Assembly (NCBI RefSeq): GCF_009914755.1
Contig: NC_060934.1
Direction: 5' to 3' (one strand)
Length of the DNA: 64,000 nucleotides
From: the human T2T-CHM13v2.0 reference genome, Homo sapiens
Both the position numbers and the translations under genes were made by a program. Numbering within the stretch: position 1 is the first letter of the stretch; each line of letters starts with the position of its first letter. Below are positions 25,796 to 39,000 of this stretch, in pieces. The notes beneath the pieces are model-generated. The model did no database searches. It saw nothing but the letters and a program-made list of their open reading frames with translations, and was not told where the DNA came from.

Positions 25796-26757
25796 AGCTC
25801 TGTCACCGTCCATTTCCATCCTCTGATTTTAAACATCATCTTTCCAGCTTTCTTTGAAAAGCCTCACGGCTTCTGCTCCGGGCTGCTGTGGCGGGAGCTG
25901 TGGTGTCCCTGGACACATCCGGCCCGGAGGTGGCTTCCTTGACCGGCACAGCCTCTGTGCGGGACACCGTGTGTCAGGGCTGACCGAGGACGCACAGAGA
26001 CTGAGGGGCACCATCCTTTTCAGGAGCACTTCCGAGGTCGGCCCCTTCGGACATTCCGTGTAAAGGTTTGCAGGGTCCACTCTACCAGGATTTGCTTAAC
26101 TCAGCTTTGTAGTAATGGAAGATTTCTATTTCTGCCGGTTTTAAACTCATGTATGAAAAAGAGACGTGCAACAATCCTGTCGAGATGTGGCAAGATGCTC
26201 GGCCTTTTCCTTCGGAAGCTGATTGCTAGAGCAGGTCATAGCTTGTCCAGTGGATGGTGGGGAGATAATTGCAGTTAATAAAGACAAATTCACGCTGACC
26301 CGTGACTTATAAGCCCGATGAATGGGGCTTTGCTCAACATTATAGCTGCAGCTCTGACAGATTGTGCATAACTTAATTTTTGCTTAATTGAGTTATATTC
26401 TAAATATGTTCTGAGGCCGAGCTCTCTATTTGAAAGGAACTTGCTGTTCCTTGATGCAGGAGATGTTGTTATCACAGTTGAGGTTTAACGTTAGAACTAA
26501 ACCAGATTGCCATAAGCAGTTTACTAGCGGCTGTATTCACTCGGGCTCGAAGGGTGCCCTGCAGCCTCTGGCAGGGCTGGCTTTATTCTGCATATTTGAT
26601 CTGGTTCAGAAACAATGTGTAAAATGAACACTTTCTGCAGAGTCCCATTTCCCCATTCCCAGTGTCATTTCAGACACATACTTTTCCAGAAAGCATTTGG
26701 CCCCACGATCTAATGAAGTCACCTATCTTGGGTCAGATTCCAGGAGTGAAGCGGACA

Positions 26758-27100
26758 GGCACGCACTCACACACCTAAGTGCACACCTGTGTGCACACCC
26801 AGACAACACACTCGCATGCACACAGACAACACATGCACACACAGACAACACACATGCACACACACAACACACATGCACACACACAGGCAACACACATGCA
26901 CGCACAGACAACACACTCATATGCACACGCACAACACACATGCACACGTGTGCACTCAGGCACAAGCACACACGTGCACACCTGCGGACAGTCGTGCATG
27001 CAGTGCCTCTCACATCCATGCTTGCTGACTGCTGCACACACACTGCACGTGCACACCCTCTGTGGGCCTCCTGTGCACTTGCACACACACCCTCCACACA
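26758..27100. repeat. CA-rich low-complexity repeat
   Basis: (CA)n-derived, with recurring ACAACACACATGCAC. Confidence 0.9.
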
Positions 27101-27149
27101 GACCTGTGCCCTCACCCCAGCCCCACCTCAACCCCTGGCAACTGGAATC

Positions 27150-28135
27150 TGCTCCCCAATTGTATACTTTCTCCACGTTGAGCTGTTGAGCTGTCAGTGG
27201 AATCATAACACATGCAAGCTTCGGGGGCCGGCTTTTTCCCACAGCATGGGTCCCTGGACATACGTGCAGGATGTCCTGTCGCCCGTGGTTCGCGCCTTTC
27301 CGCTGCTGAGTAGCTCTTCACGCCATGGATGGATCTCAGTGTGTTTAACACTCGCTTGAAGAGCATCCAGGTTATTTCCAGATGCGGCTAGTATGCATGC
27401 AACTGTTATCAACATTTTTGTGTGGTTTTTGTGCGAACATAAGTTTCGTTTGTCTGAGATAAATGCCCAGCAATGTAGTTGCTGGGGCACACGCTACATG
27501 TACCTTTAATGTTTTAAGAAACTGTCGAACTATTTTCAGAGGCGGTGCCACTTCGCATTCCCACCGGCAGGTGATGGGGATCCGGTTTCTCTGCATCCAG
27601 CATGTGCTGTTGATGCTATTTTTTATTTGAGCCATGCTGATAGGTGTGTTGTGATATTTCATTGTGGTTTAAATTTGCACTTCCCTAACAGCTGACAATA
27701 TTGAACATCTTTTCGTGTGCTTATTTGCCATTTATAGATCCTCTTGGTGAAATGTCCCTCTCTGTCTTCTGTGCATTTTATAATTGGATTTTTTGCTATT
27801 GGGTTTTGAGAGTTCTTTATATATTCGAGACACTGGTTCTTGGTTAGAAATGAGGTTTGTAAATATTTTCTTTTAGCCTGTAGTTTTCATCCTCTTAACA
27901 ACAGGCTTTCACGGGACACGTATTTTCCATTTTTATGAATTTTGAAAGTCCAGTTTATCACTTTATCCTTTTATTGATCATGCCTTTGGTGTCAAGTCTA
28001 GCCCTAGAGATCAAAGATACTGAAGATTTTCTCCTTCTGTTTTTTTCTAGAAGTGTTACATTTAAACCTATGGTCCATTTTGAGGTAATTTTCACATAAG
28101 GTGTGAGGTTTAAGTCAAGGTTCCTGTTTCCTGCC
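27150..28135 (-). mobile_element. L1M fragment (ORF2 C-terminus/3' UTR)
   Basis: Minus-strand translation KYHNTPISMAQIK resembles the L1 ORF2 C-terminal RYHxTPxRMAxIK motif; NLDLNLTPYVKITSKW also resembles ORF2. Confidence 0.88.
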
Positions 28136-28486
28136 TGAGGGTGTCCACCTAATTCAGCACCGTGAGCCCATCTCCTAGAGCCCACCAGGATGCCCACCAG
28201 GCTATGGACCCCAGGCTGTGTCCACTTAATTCAGCACCATGAGCTCAGCACCATGAGCCCATCTGCAGGACGCCCACCAGTTTGCGGACCCCAGGCCGGG
28301 TCTTCCCACTCTACTGTCTTCCTAGGACCCTCTCGTCCTCTGGGCAGTACTGACAGGCCTCATGCATTCCTAGGTCCAGCCAATATCAGGTTTGGTTTAT
28401 GAGAGGAGACCCAGCCTGGATCAGACCCATCCAGCCAGGCTGGCCACAGAGACAAAGCTGGAGAGCTAGGGCAGGCTCGGCAGAAC

Positions 28487-28920
28487 TCCACCTCCATCCT
28501 CTTAGCCTCCCAGTGAGGCCCTCCTGTCTCTCCACCTCCATCCCCTGAGCCTCCCAGTGAGGCCCTCCTGTTTCTCCACCTCCATCCCCTGAGCCTCCCG
28601 GCGAGGACCTCCTGTTTCTCCACCTCCATCCCCTGAGCCTCCCAGTGAGGCCCTCCTGTCTCTCCACCTCCATCCCCTGAGCCTCCCAGTGAGGCCCTCC
28701 TGTCTCTCCACCTCCATCCCCTGAGCCTCCCAGTGAGGCCCTCCTGTCTCTCCACCTCCATCCCCTGAGCCTCCCAGTGAGGCCCTCCTGTCTCTCCACC
28801 TCCATCCCCTGAGCCTCCCAGTGAGGCCCTCCTGTTTCTCCACCTCCATCCCCTGAGCCTCCCGGCGAGGACCTCCTGTTTCTCCACCTCCATCCCCTGA
28901 GCCTCCCAGTGAGGCCCTCG
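28487..28920. repeat. Minisatellite, 44-bp unit, ~10 copies
   Basis: CTCCACCTCCATCCCCTGAGCCTCCCAGTGAGGCCCTCCTGT(C/T)T repeated. Confidence 0.95.
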
Positions 28921-28929
28921 TGTCTCGAG

Positions 28930-29208
28930 ACCTGTCCTCGTGAGCAGATTAGTGTCAAAGTGGGTTCATTATTGTGAATATGCTTGTTAGGAACGTGAGT
29001 TTCCCCTCCTGCCCCCTTGTTGTTGCCTTCTGTAGTCCTTCTGCCCTCCCCGATGGGCTGCCACAGCACGAAGGCCCTTGCTGGAGGCCAGCACCACGCC
29101 CTGGGGCTTCCCCAGTCTCTAGAAACAGTAGCCAAATACATTTCTGTTCATTGTAAGTTAACCAGTCTGTGGTGTCGTGTTATAGCAACATACAATGGAA
29201 TGAAACAG
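28930..29208 (+). mobile_element. MST/MLT1A-type MaLR LTR, 3' part
   Basis: GCTTCCCAGTCTCTAGAA...AATACATTTCTGTTCATTGTAAGTTAACCAGTCTGTGGT..GTTATAGCAAC..GAAACA. Confidence 0.75.
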
Positions 29209-29628
29209 GAAGCTGGAAAGATGAGTTATTCTAACAAGGTCTCAAGGGTATTCTGTCCTTGAAGAGAATACTGTATTCTTGAACTTCTTGTCCTGGAAGA
29301 TAAAGACGTTGCCTTTCCTTCTAGTATAGGACTGGTGTTTTCCACTTGGGAATCTCATCTTCTGCTTTTAAGAAACAGCACAAAGGTCAAAGTGACCTGG
29401 TTGCACCTGCTGTGTTTCAAGTGTCTTTAACTTAAAGTCAGTCTGCAAGAACAGCCTATTTCAAGCCCTTCACTGACAAATGTCAGCACCTAGGAGCTGT
29501 GCATTCTCCCTGGGGAACTCGGCACCCTGGGCTGTGGAGTGCTGGTCCACACAACCTCTGCTCCACGCAGGGCAGGAAGCACGGCTTCAGGCCTGAGTCA
29601 GGCCCCAGCAGGCCTCAGGGGCCAGTGA

Positions 29629-29955
<327 letters not shown>

Positions 29956-30859
29956 TGTCCTCTCCTGATTTTAGGGTGGTCTGAGTAGCCTCTGGTAAAG
30001 CCTGCTGACCAGTGGCTGGACAGACCCTGGCACCCCAGACCCTTCCAGACACGGCTGCACACGGCGGCTGCTCTCCCCTCCCCAGGACCCCCATGTGCTT
30101 GAAGAGACAATACCCCCGCACTGCCCTGCAGGGCTGCAGCCGGGAGTCGACTCAGGGAACAGCATGTATCAGAACACAGAGGAGTTCAGATTCTCCCTCA
30201 GATGCCAAAGCCACTTACATCATGCCACAAATTAATACAAGGAAAGATATGAGGCATCATTTATGCCCGTTAGCTAATAAAAAGGTGTGCAAAGCCATCA
30301 GTTTAAAATCTGAGTGCTTCATTATACACATTTCCTGTTTTATAACCTCCACTTCCCCCAGATAAACTTAGACTGGAACACTTTCCCTGGTTCCATGAGT
30401 GCACCTGCGGCTTCGTGCATCATTTCTGCCTAACGGAGGTGGTTCCTGCTATCAGCTCTGGGCCACAGTCCCCAGGTCCCCTGGCCTTTCCCGTGACTGT
30501 GTGACAGTGGCTGGGCTGCCTGCGTCCTGCTGGGTGCCGGGTCACACAGGCCGTGGGACGTCCTCGCGGGGTTCACACCACTTGCCCCAGCTGGTGGGGT
30601 GAGTTCAGGGCAGGGTGCTCTCTGCAGATAACAGGTGGGAGGGGGAGTAAAACCTCCTGAGTCTCCGTCATCCCGAAGCCAGAATCTAGGGTGCTCCAGC
30701 AGAGAGAGTGTCCTGCTCAGTCCCAATGCCTGGACACTCTCTCCTGGTGACTTGCAAAGTGATGGTTTGCTCTCTGCTGAAAGGGCTGTTTGACGGAGGC
30801 TGTTAGAGGAAGGTGCTGGTCATTTCTCAGGCCGTGGTCGGACCGAGGTCAAGCAGTAA

Positions 30860-31175
30860 GTTATTAAGCCATGCAGAGATGGGGTGAATCTTAGATGCAT
30901 CTTGCTAAGTGAAAGAAGCCAGTCTGAACTTACAGGCTCTGTGATTTCAACTATAAGATATTCCGGAGACTCTTACATTGGGTTTTGATGCTGCTGTGCA
31001 TGCACACTGGAATCGAACAATTAAGTGCACGGATGGTGGATGGTGGGAGCTGGGTTCCTCACCATGCAGTGGGAGGTGACAGATGAGGAAGGAGGGGCTG
31101 GAATTGCATGTGGTGCTGGGTTAGAGCTGGAGCCTCAGCATGCGTGCAAATTTAGTTTCATGTAGATACAAACTC
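30860..31175 (+). mobile_element. L1MC/MD-type 3' region, left part (continues at ~32980-33330)
   Basis: GAATCTTAGATGCATCTTGCTAAGTGAAAGAAGCCAGTCTGAA; GGAAGGAGGGGCTGGAATT..GTGGTGCTGGGTTAGAG. Confidence 0.7.
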
Positions 31176-31278
31176 TTCCATGGTGAGCTGGTCTATGCAA
31201 AGCTACCCCTGGGGCTGAGGAAGCTGAGAGGCCAAAGAAAGAGGCTAACAAATCCAGTTTCTTAGAAAGAAACATTTA

Positions 31279-31572
31279 GGCCGGGCGTGGTGGCTCACGC
31301 CTGTAACCCCAGCACTTTGGCAGGCTGAGGCGGGTGGATCACGAGGTCAACAGATCGGGACCATCCTGGCCAACATGGTGAAATGCCATCTCTACTAAAA
31401 ATACAAAAATTAGCTGGGCATGGTGGCATGTACCTGTAGTCCCAGCTACTCGGGAGGCTGAGACAAGAGAATTGCTTGAACCTGGGAGACGGAGGTTGCA
31501 GAGAGCCTAGCTCGCGCCATTGCACTCCAGCCTGGCAATAGAGTGAGACTCCATCTCAAAAAACAGAACAAA
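31279..31572 (+). mobile_element. AluSc-like element
   Basis: GGCCGGGCGTGG start, CACGAGGTCAA.AGATC and CCTGGCAA diagnostic positions, short A tail. Confidence 0.92.
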
Positions 31573-31845
31573 TGTCCTGGGCAGCTACCAGATGAGATGG
31601 TGGATCCCCAGCCACCACCCCGCAGACCCAGGATGATGAGATGGTGGATCCCCAGCCACCACCCCGCAGACCCGGGACTTCTACCCCACAGGGAAGGGAC
31701 TTCCAGGAAAATTGAAGTCAACCCTTCAGGGAAAGGCAAGGCCGCTCTGTGAATCTGCCTGAGGGCAGCATTGTGATTGAGGTTGTTTTGACCTGAGGGC
31801 AGGATTTATGGAAACAGTAGATAAAGTAGAAATCTTAGAGGAATT

Positions 31846-32702
31846 TGCCAATGAAAAGAGTCAAATTCTGTAAAATATTTGAAGCGATTCATTCTGAGCC
31901 AAATATGAGTGACCAATGGCCCATGACACAGCCCCAACAGATCCTGAGAATATGTATGCAAGGTGGTCAGACTATAGCGTGGTTTTAGGCATTTTAGGGT
32001 GACATAAGGCATCAATCAGTTGGTTAGGTCTGGGAAGGCAGGACAACTGGAAGGGGTGGGGCTTCCAACTCATCGGTGGATTCAAAGATTTTCTGACTGG
32101 CAGTTGGTTGAAAGAGTTTATCTAAAGACCTGGAATCCATAGAAGGGAGTGTCTGGATTAGGATAAGGGGCTGTGGAGACCAAGGTTCTTATTATGCTGA
32201 TGAAGCCTCCAGGTAGCTGGCTTCAGAGACAATAGGTTATAAATGTTTCTTATCAGACTTAAAAATGTGCCAGACTCTTAGTTAATTCTCTCCTGGATCA
32301 GGGAAAAGACTTGGAAAGGGAACAGGATTCTCTACAGTATGCAGGTTTTCCCCATGAGGGACAGCTTTGCAGGGCCATTGCAAAATATGTCAAAGAAACA
32401 GATTTTAGGGTAAAATACTTTGATTTCTTTCAGGGCCTGATCTCTGTCATGTGATGCTAAACTACAGTCAGGCTGGAATTTGGTGTTTTACTGCTACAAA
32501 TTCTTCAGGTCTCTGTTTAACATTAATGTTGATCACCTGTGCCTGAATTCCAAAAGGGGGAGGGTGTCATGAGTACGTCCAACCCACCCCATCCCAACAT
32601 GGCCTGAACTGGTTTTTTAGGTTTACTTTGGAATGCCCTTGGCTGAGAGGAGGGGCCCATTAAAATGGTTGGAGGGACTTAGAACTTCATTTTTGGTTTA
32701 CA
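31846..32702 (-). mobile_element. MER4 (MER4D/E-like) LTR
   Basis: Reverse complement begins TGTAAACCAAAAATGAAGTTCTAAG; the other end reads TGCCAATGAAAAGAGTCAAATTCTGTAAAATATTTGAAG on the plus strand. Confidence 0.85.
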
Positions 32703-32794
32703 CATCCCTGGAGCTGGGGTTAATCAGAAGCCAACATGTTGGACTAGCATCTGAGATGGAGCTGCTCTAGCCTGCTCACGAACGGTCACATGGA

Positions 32795-32978
32795 AACATT
32801 TAAGGTGTGAGTGCGGTTAGTACACGCACATACGTTTGAGGTGTGAGTGCGGTTAGTACACGCACAGACGTTTGAGGTGTGCGTGCGGTTAGTGCACGCA
32901 CAGACGTTTGAGGTGTGCGTGCGGTTAGTACACGCACATACGTTTGAGGTGTGAGTGCAGTTGGTACATGCACATACA
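32795..32978. repeat. Tandem repeat, 36-bp unit, ~5 copies
   Basis: TTTGAGGTGTG(A/C)GTGCGGTTAGT(A/G)CACGCACA(T/G)ACG; 12-aa ORF periodicity. Confidence 0.92.
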
Positions 32979-33399
32979 CTCACTTGCTCTGTTGGCAGAG
33001 GGGGTCTGCAATCAGTGACACCCCAGGAGGGGTGAGCACCCTACCACCCAGACCTCGGCTTACAAACACCCTTCTCCAGTAAAAGCAGCCAGGGCTCCCG
33101 ATCCTATGACTGGGGCAAAAAACACACAAGGTGTGACTGGGGCATCTTGTAGTGCCAGAAAGCAAGGAAGTGCTCAGATGAACAAAGAAATCAAGACAAA
33201 ACACCCACAGTTATGTCAACCGAAAGAGCCCCTCCATGAGGCGGGGCACATGGGAAGTCTCTGCACCATCTTTCCAGGGTTTCTGTAAATTTAAAGCTAT
33301 CCTAAGATTAAACATTTATTTAAAAAATAAATGCAGTGTGCATGGTGACTGCTTAGCTGGTTAGCTTCTCTGGGCAGAGGCCACTGGGCAGGGGGAGGA

Positions 33400-33838
33400 T
33401 GTCAGGCCTCTGAGCCCAGGCCAGGCCATCGCATCCCCTGTGACTTGCACGTATACATCCAGATGGCCTGAAGTAACTGAAGATCCACAAAAGAAGTAAA
33501 AACAGCCTTAACTGGTGACATTCCACCATTGTGATTTGTTCCTGCCCCACCCTAACTGATCAATGTACTTTGTAGTCTCCCCCACCCTTAAGAAGGTTCT
33601 TTGTAATTCTCCCCACCCTTGAGAATGTACTTTGTGAGATCCACCCCTGCCCACCAGAGAACAACCCCCTTTGACTGTAATTTTCCATTACCTTCCCAAA
33701 TCCTATAAAACGGCCCCACCCCTAGCTCCCTTTGCTGACTCTTTTCGGACTCAGCCCACCTGCACCCAGGTGAAATAAACAGCCATGTTGCTCACACAAA
33801 GCCTGTTTGGTGGTCTCTTCACACGGACGCGCATGAAA
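33400..33838 (+). mobile_element. Solo HERV-H LTR (LTR7Y-type), intact
   Basis: TGTCAGGCCTCTGAGCCCAGGCCAGG...CACACGGACGCGCATGAAA; TATAAAA 33704-33710, AATAAA 33774-33779; 5-bp TSD GAGGA at 33395-33399 and 33839-33843. Confidence 0.95.
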
Positions 33839-34157
33839 GAGGAAGCATGGGCGTGGACTCCAGACGTGGGCAGTTGGGAGCCGAAGTAGCACCCAGCTGG
33901 AGGGCTGAAGTCCTGGGAAGCACCCCCAGCCGTGGGCCCTCCCTAGGTCCTGTCAGCCCAGGATGCTGCATCCCATGATGCATCCTCCAGAACTAAACAA
34001 AACCCTCTGTGTGCATTGCTTGGTTTGCATGTAAAGTGGCAGCCTGCTACTGTTTTCCTCAGGAGCAATTTCTTGTCTCAGGTGGGAAGCGATGCTCATT
34101 GCAACATTGTAGAAAATGCTGGGGACGGGGGGAGTCAGATGTCACCCAAGGTCCTGT

Positions 34158-34318
34158 AGCTCTGTGGCTCAGGACAGACTGTGGCTCTGTGGCTCAGGAC
34201 ACACTGTGTGGCCCCGTGGCTCAGGACACGCTGTGTGGCCCCGTGGCTCAGGACACGCTGTGTGGCCCCGTGGCTCAGGACACGCTGTGTGGCCCCGTGG
34301 CTCAGGACACGCTGTGTC
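34158..34318. repeat. Minisatellite, 27-bp unit, ~6 copies
   Basis: GTGGCTCAGGACACGCTGTGTGGCCCC repeated. Confidence 0.93.
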
Positions 34319-34916
34319 CCTACTGGCTGTTGGTCCCAGGGAGCCTCTAGCCCCAGACGAGGCTGCATCATCACAGTGAGCCTTTCCCGCGGGTCCAGGC
34401 AAGCGTGTCTCTGAAGGGATGGCTTGAGCACTGGTGCATGCAGGTCAGGTGTGGGAGTTCTCCAGCCGTGCCTGGAACGTGATGGGTGTGGATGTCCAGG
34501 GATTAAGCCCCACGAAGCCGGGTGTCCTGTGTGCGGCATCACCACCAGGTGTTGCGGGGCTACGCCACAGTTCTGGAGACACAGTAGAGCTTCTGTGTCT
34601 GCAAATGACCCTCTGTGGGCTTGGACGTAACATTTCCCACATAAGGAGCCTCCAGAGGCCATGAGTCGTGCCCTAACTGTCCCGCCTTTCTGTTTTTGTG
34701 GAGGTTGTTGTCAGAGACAGGCAAAATGACAGCAGAGGAAATTAGAAGATAAAGGGAAATCACTGCTTATCATGCATCTGAAGTCGCATGGGACGAGTCT
34801 TCAAAGAAGAAAATAGAAACAAATCATTACCAGTGCGAGCGTGAGGTGTGTCCTGGAAACCACAGCCTGGGCTGCTTCCCACACCTCGACGCGCCAGCTC
34901 AGCCCACACTGGCAGC

Positions 34917-35083
34917 TCCAGCGCCTGACAGGGGACGGTCTCCTGACTGATCCAGCGCCTGACAGGGGATGGTCTCCTGAGTGATCCAGCGCCTGACAGG
35001 GGACAGTCTCCTGAGTGATCCAGCGCCTGACGGGGGACGGTCTCCTGACTGATCCAGCGCCTGACGGGGGACGGTCTCCTGAC
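34917..35083. repeat. Minisatellite, 34-bp unit, 5 copies
   Basis: CCAGCGCCTGAC(A/G)GGGGACGGTCTCCTGA(C/G)TGAT repeated. Confidence 0.93.
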
Positions 35084-35699
35084 AGAGAACCCATTTCTGC
35101 ATCTGGGGCCTGTTTGCTGGGGTCCTTTTCCTGTTGACATAAGTGCTCAACTATCTATTTTCCTGGAGCAAAAACCAATCCCAAACACGGCTTTTCTCCT
35201 CTGATGTGAAAAACATGACTATTAAGATTTTGCATTTAATATCTGGGAGATTCCTGCCACCATGCGAGGAGATCCCCTCCTGGGCAGGTCCCTCCAGGTC
35301 TCCAGAGCCCGATCCAATTCAGTGCAGGAAAGTCCTGCGGTTTGCAGACAACATCTGCCTTTTGCATCTCCTGGGCAGACACCGGGAATCAGAGACTGTG
35401 CTTTGCACCCAGAGGTGGCTGTGGAAGTCATCCCCCTTGTTCCCAGCCAGGCCCCTCCCGCCCCACACTACACCAGGCTCACCTGGAGACACAGGGTTTT
35501 GTGGGAGTGTCAGCTGTGGTTGCTCTCCTCCTCCGTGCCAGCTGGGACCAGAAAGAGGGTCCTGGGCAGAGCCTCTGGCTCGTGGCCAAGGATGGACCAG
35601 GCCTTCACCGGGTGACAAGCTTCTTAGGGACTTCCCTCTGCCGCAGAAGCATCTGGGGGTCTGGTGTGGCTCGGGGCTTCCTCCGGACCCTGGAGGAGA

Positions 35700-36010
35700 T
35701 GGTCTGGCTATCCAGATGGGAGTCTGCACAGCAGCGTAGGCCACAGGCCTTGTCCTCTCACAGCCCCAGAGGCTGCAAGCCTGAGATCAAGGTGCCCGCA
35801 GGGCTGGGAAGGGTCCTCACGTCCCCACAGCGTTCCTCTCAGTGCATGTCTGTGTCCACATGTCCCTTTCCTTCAGGACCTCAGTCATGCTGGACCAGAG
35901 CTCACCCCATGACTAAACTTTAACCCACTTGCCTTCGGAAAGGTCCTGTCTGCCAGGAAGGCCACACCCAAGAGCGAGAGACGGGAACCAGGGACACAGT
36001 TCCACTCACA
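35700..36010 (-). mobile_element. Degenerate MLT1-type LTR fragment
   Basis: TCCTCTCACAGCCCCAGAGGCTGCAAGCCTGAGATCAAGGTG...TCAGGACCTCAGTCATGCTGGA. Confidence 0.55.
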
Positions 36011-39000
36011 CAAGGCCACCTCCCGTGGACAAGTGACCTCCTGTGGACAAGTGACCTCCCGTGGACACGTGGTCCCCACAGGACGAAGAGTCCATCAGGC
36101 CTTCCCTGGGCCAGGCAAGGGTTTAGCTTCTGACGACCACGTACTCTGCGGTCTCAGGTGGACGTCGTCCTGCGCCGTGAGGAGGGCCCGAGGGAGAGCG
36201 CAGCCAGGGCCCCGGCTCATTCCACAGCCCAGTGAGCAGCCGCGCCTGCCTGGCTGTCCAGAAGGCTCTGGGACCCTGGGACACTCAATGTGGCTCAGCA
36301 CACCTCACAGGAGGATTTGGCGTCTCCCTGGGGGTGAGGAGCCACGCCTGCCGTGGGGGCACAGGGGGCTCAGGGTGGGAGCAGGTGACATTTGGGGGAA
36401 AGGAAATGAGCTCCCCAGGATTCACAGTACCTTCACATCATACAGGGGTGACAGTCGGAACCCGATCTGAGATGGCTGGGGCTTCCCAGCACACGGGCCT
36501 CAGTTTACCTTCACCCAGGGCCAACTGAATGGCTCCTGGGCCTCCACTCTTGGGAGGGGCTGGCCGAGGTTTTATGTCCCAGTTGGCCCAGGGCGCTCGG
36601 TCACATGGGACATTCCTGCCTGCCAGGTCCCTGTTCCCCTCCCAGCCCCCAGCCAGGCACATGGCAGAGGGAGAGGAATCTCACCTGCCGGCAGTGGTGA
36701 CAGCCAGTCCCTGGGGAGGAAGCTGTCCTGGAGGGGACACCCAGGCCAGGCTTTGAGGCAAGGAACCAGGGCACAGCTGGCCTCCCAGGGCCTGGGTGGC
36801 CTTTGAGAGCCAGGGTGTGGGACAAGTGAGTCGGCACAGAGGCCTGGACCCAGATCGGCCGGGCGGCAGCCTGGAGATGCCCACCAGGCCCAGGTGACGT
36901 CAGAGTCAGTCTGGGAACAAGGCAGAGGGCCGGGCACCTTCCCAAACACAGCCCCACCCCCGCGGCCTCTATTGGGCAGAGGCAGGAAGTCCGGGGGTTC
37001 TGGGCAAACCTGACCCAGAGGCCAAGGGTCCCAGGAAAGGGAGCCCCACAGCCTAGGCACAGCTGGCACCTCCCTGGAAAGAGGGGCTGGAAACAGAGGG
37101 GCAGATTGTCAGTAAGCTGAAGAATTGTCCGTAATCACGGGACGGCCTTAGTTATGTTTCCCACACTTAGGACTTGAGAGAGACGGCAACTGAATGCTTG
37201 TCATCAAAAGAAAAAAGTGGAAAAAAACAACCCAGTAGGCTTAAAATGAAGGAAGAGCATTCACATTTACAACACTGATGAACGTAGCTTCATCTTTCTC
37301 TCCTGAAAGTTTCCCAGCCTCCTAAGTGCTCTGTCCTTGCCTAGAATGTTTTCCTTTAATCTACATATTGGGTTAGACCGGCCTCCCCTTTCTCTCACAT
37401 CCCAGGAGTGGTGGATGGGTAAGACCCTGCCTCGGGACCATGTTTGGAGGGTCCCGCCAGCCGTGCTCCGAGCGTCAGGGCAGCTGTGGTGTGCGAGGTG
37501 TTTGGACGAGACCAGGAGGACCGGCACTGGGCCACCATCTGGGAGCGTCTCTCTCACACCTCCCTCGGTGACGGGGAGGGAAGGAGGGCCGGGCCCCCAG
37601 GAGCGTCTCTCTCACACCTCCCTCGGTGATGCGGAGGGAAAGAGGGCCGGGCCCCCCGGGCCTGTGAGAGAGGGTCTCAGAGGAGCCTACTGCTGCAGAG
37701 CCCGATCTGGTGAGGGGGTGGCGGCTCACATCACAGAGCCACAGGCTGAGTGTCAGGCCGGGCCCCGCAATTCTGGAAGATCCAGTGCGAAAGTGCTTGC
37801 TCTGCTCCAAACCCGGGTCCTGGTCTGGACACAGCAGCCTGAGCCCTGGGAAGAGATTCAGCAGCTGCCCGGGAGCTGGGCGGGGAAGGGCTACTCACCC
37901 GGACATTGCCCAGAGTGTACTCGAGGGGCCCCTAGCTCACTGCACGGCAGCTGGGAACATCTCCTGACCCACAGGGCCAGGCTGAGCCACAGGGTGGACA
38001 AAGCATCCCCCTGCACTCTCCTGGACTCCAGGCACAGATTCTCTCAGACTGACTCTGCAATTCCAACCGAGGTCACACTCCCAAGCCCAGCACAACAGCC
38101 TCGCTGGAGTCCATCTCACGCCAGCACAAACGGCCTGCCTGGACGCAAACATCAGGTATGGGCTGCACCAGGCCCCTGCAGATGGGTACGACCCTCACGC
38201 CACTGCGAGCCGCAGCCTCAGCGCACTTTGGGAAGAAGCAGAGAAGCATGATAATGTCTGGGGCTCAATGTGGCTGTGATTACCATGAACAGAATAAGCC
38301 TGAAGGAGAACGGCTCTTTCCCCAACTTCAGAGTCAGGAGAGCATGTCTGTGAATGCCCACTCCCGCCTTGGAAGGAGGTTTAACCTGAGAAAAATGGTC
38401 CTGGGGGCTGTGGTTTCTGAGACAGCAGCCGTGGGGAGGGCCAGGAGAGGCCCATGCTGACACAGAGGCAGCACCATCTTTCCTAGGCAGGAAGGGGCCA
38501 GATTCTTCTCCAGAGAAACTGACGTGTCAGGAGAAAACCCTTTGGCCCTGTCCCTGCAGAGGTCATGAGACAGCCAGGCCCCACCCTCTCTCAGGGCGCC
38601 AGCCAGCCTTCCAGTTACCCACACTTGAATGTGAGTGACGCCCTCAGGCCACCAAGGGCGTGACTCTCCCACACGGGAGTGGCCCAGAACCAGACCCAGG
38701 GCAGGAAGTAGAAAACTTTAAAATATTTTGGTCTGCACAGGGCTCCTGTCCCCGGCACCTGGGGCTCCTCCCCGGCCCCTCTGCTCCAGGTCAGCAGAGG
38801 AGGAAAGAGAAGGAGGTGGGGTGCTAGGAGGGCTCCTGGGGGCTGGACCTGAGATAATGGACCTCGGGAAGTCAGGTTCCGTTGGCCAGACACGCCCATG
38901 CAGCCTCCCCAATGCAGGGAAGGCCGGGAAGTCCCTGCTCAGCGGCTGCCACCGCCCGAGCCCCGCACACACTCCCTCCTGAGAGCAGCCCGAGAGTCCT

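Larger units (their letters stand above)
31180..32780 (-). mobile_element. ERV1-class (MER4-group-like) LTR, split by an Alu and a MER4 insertion
   Basis: TGGTGAGCTGGTCTATGCAAA...GAAGCTGAGAGGCCAAAGAAAGAGGCT..AAATCCAGTTTC..AGAAAGAAACATTTA; resumes after the Alu and after MER4; exact subfamily uncertain. Confidence 0.6.
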
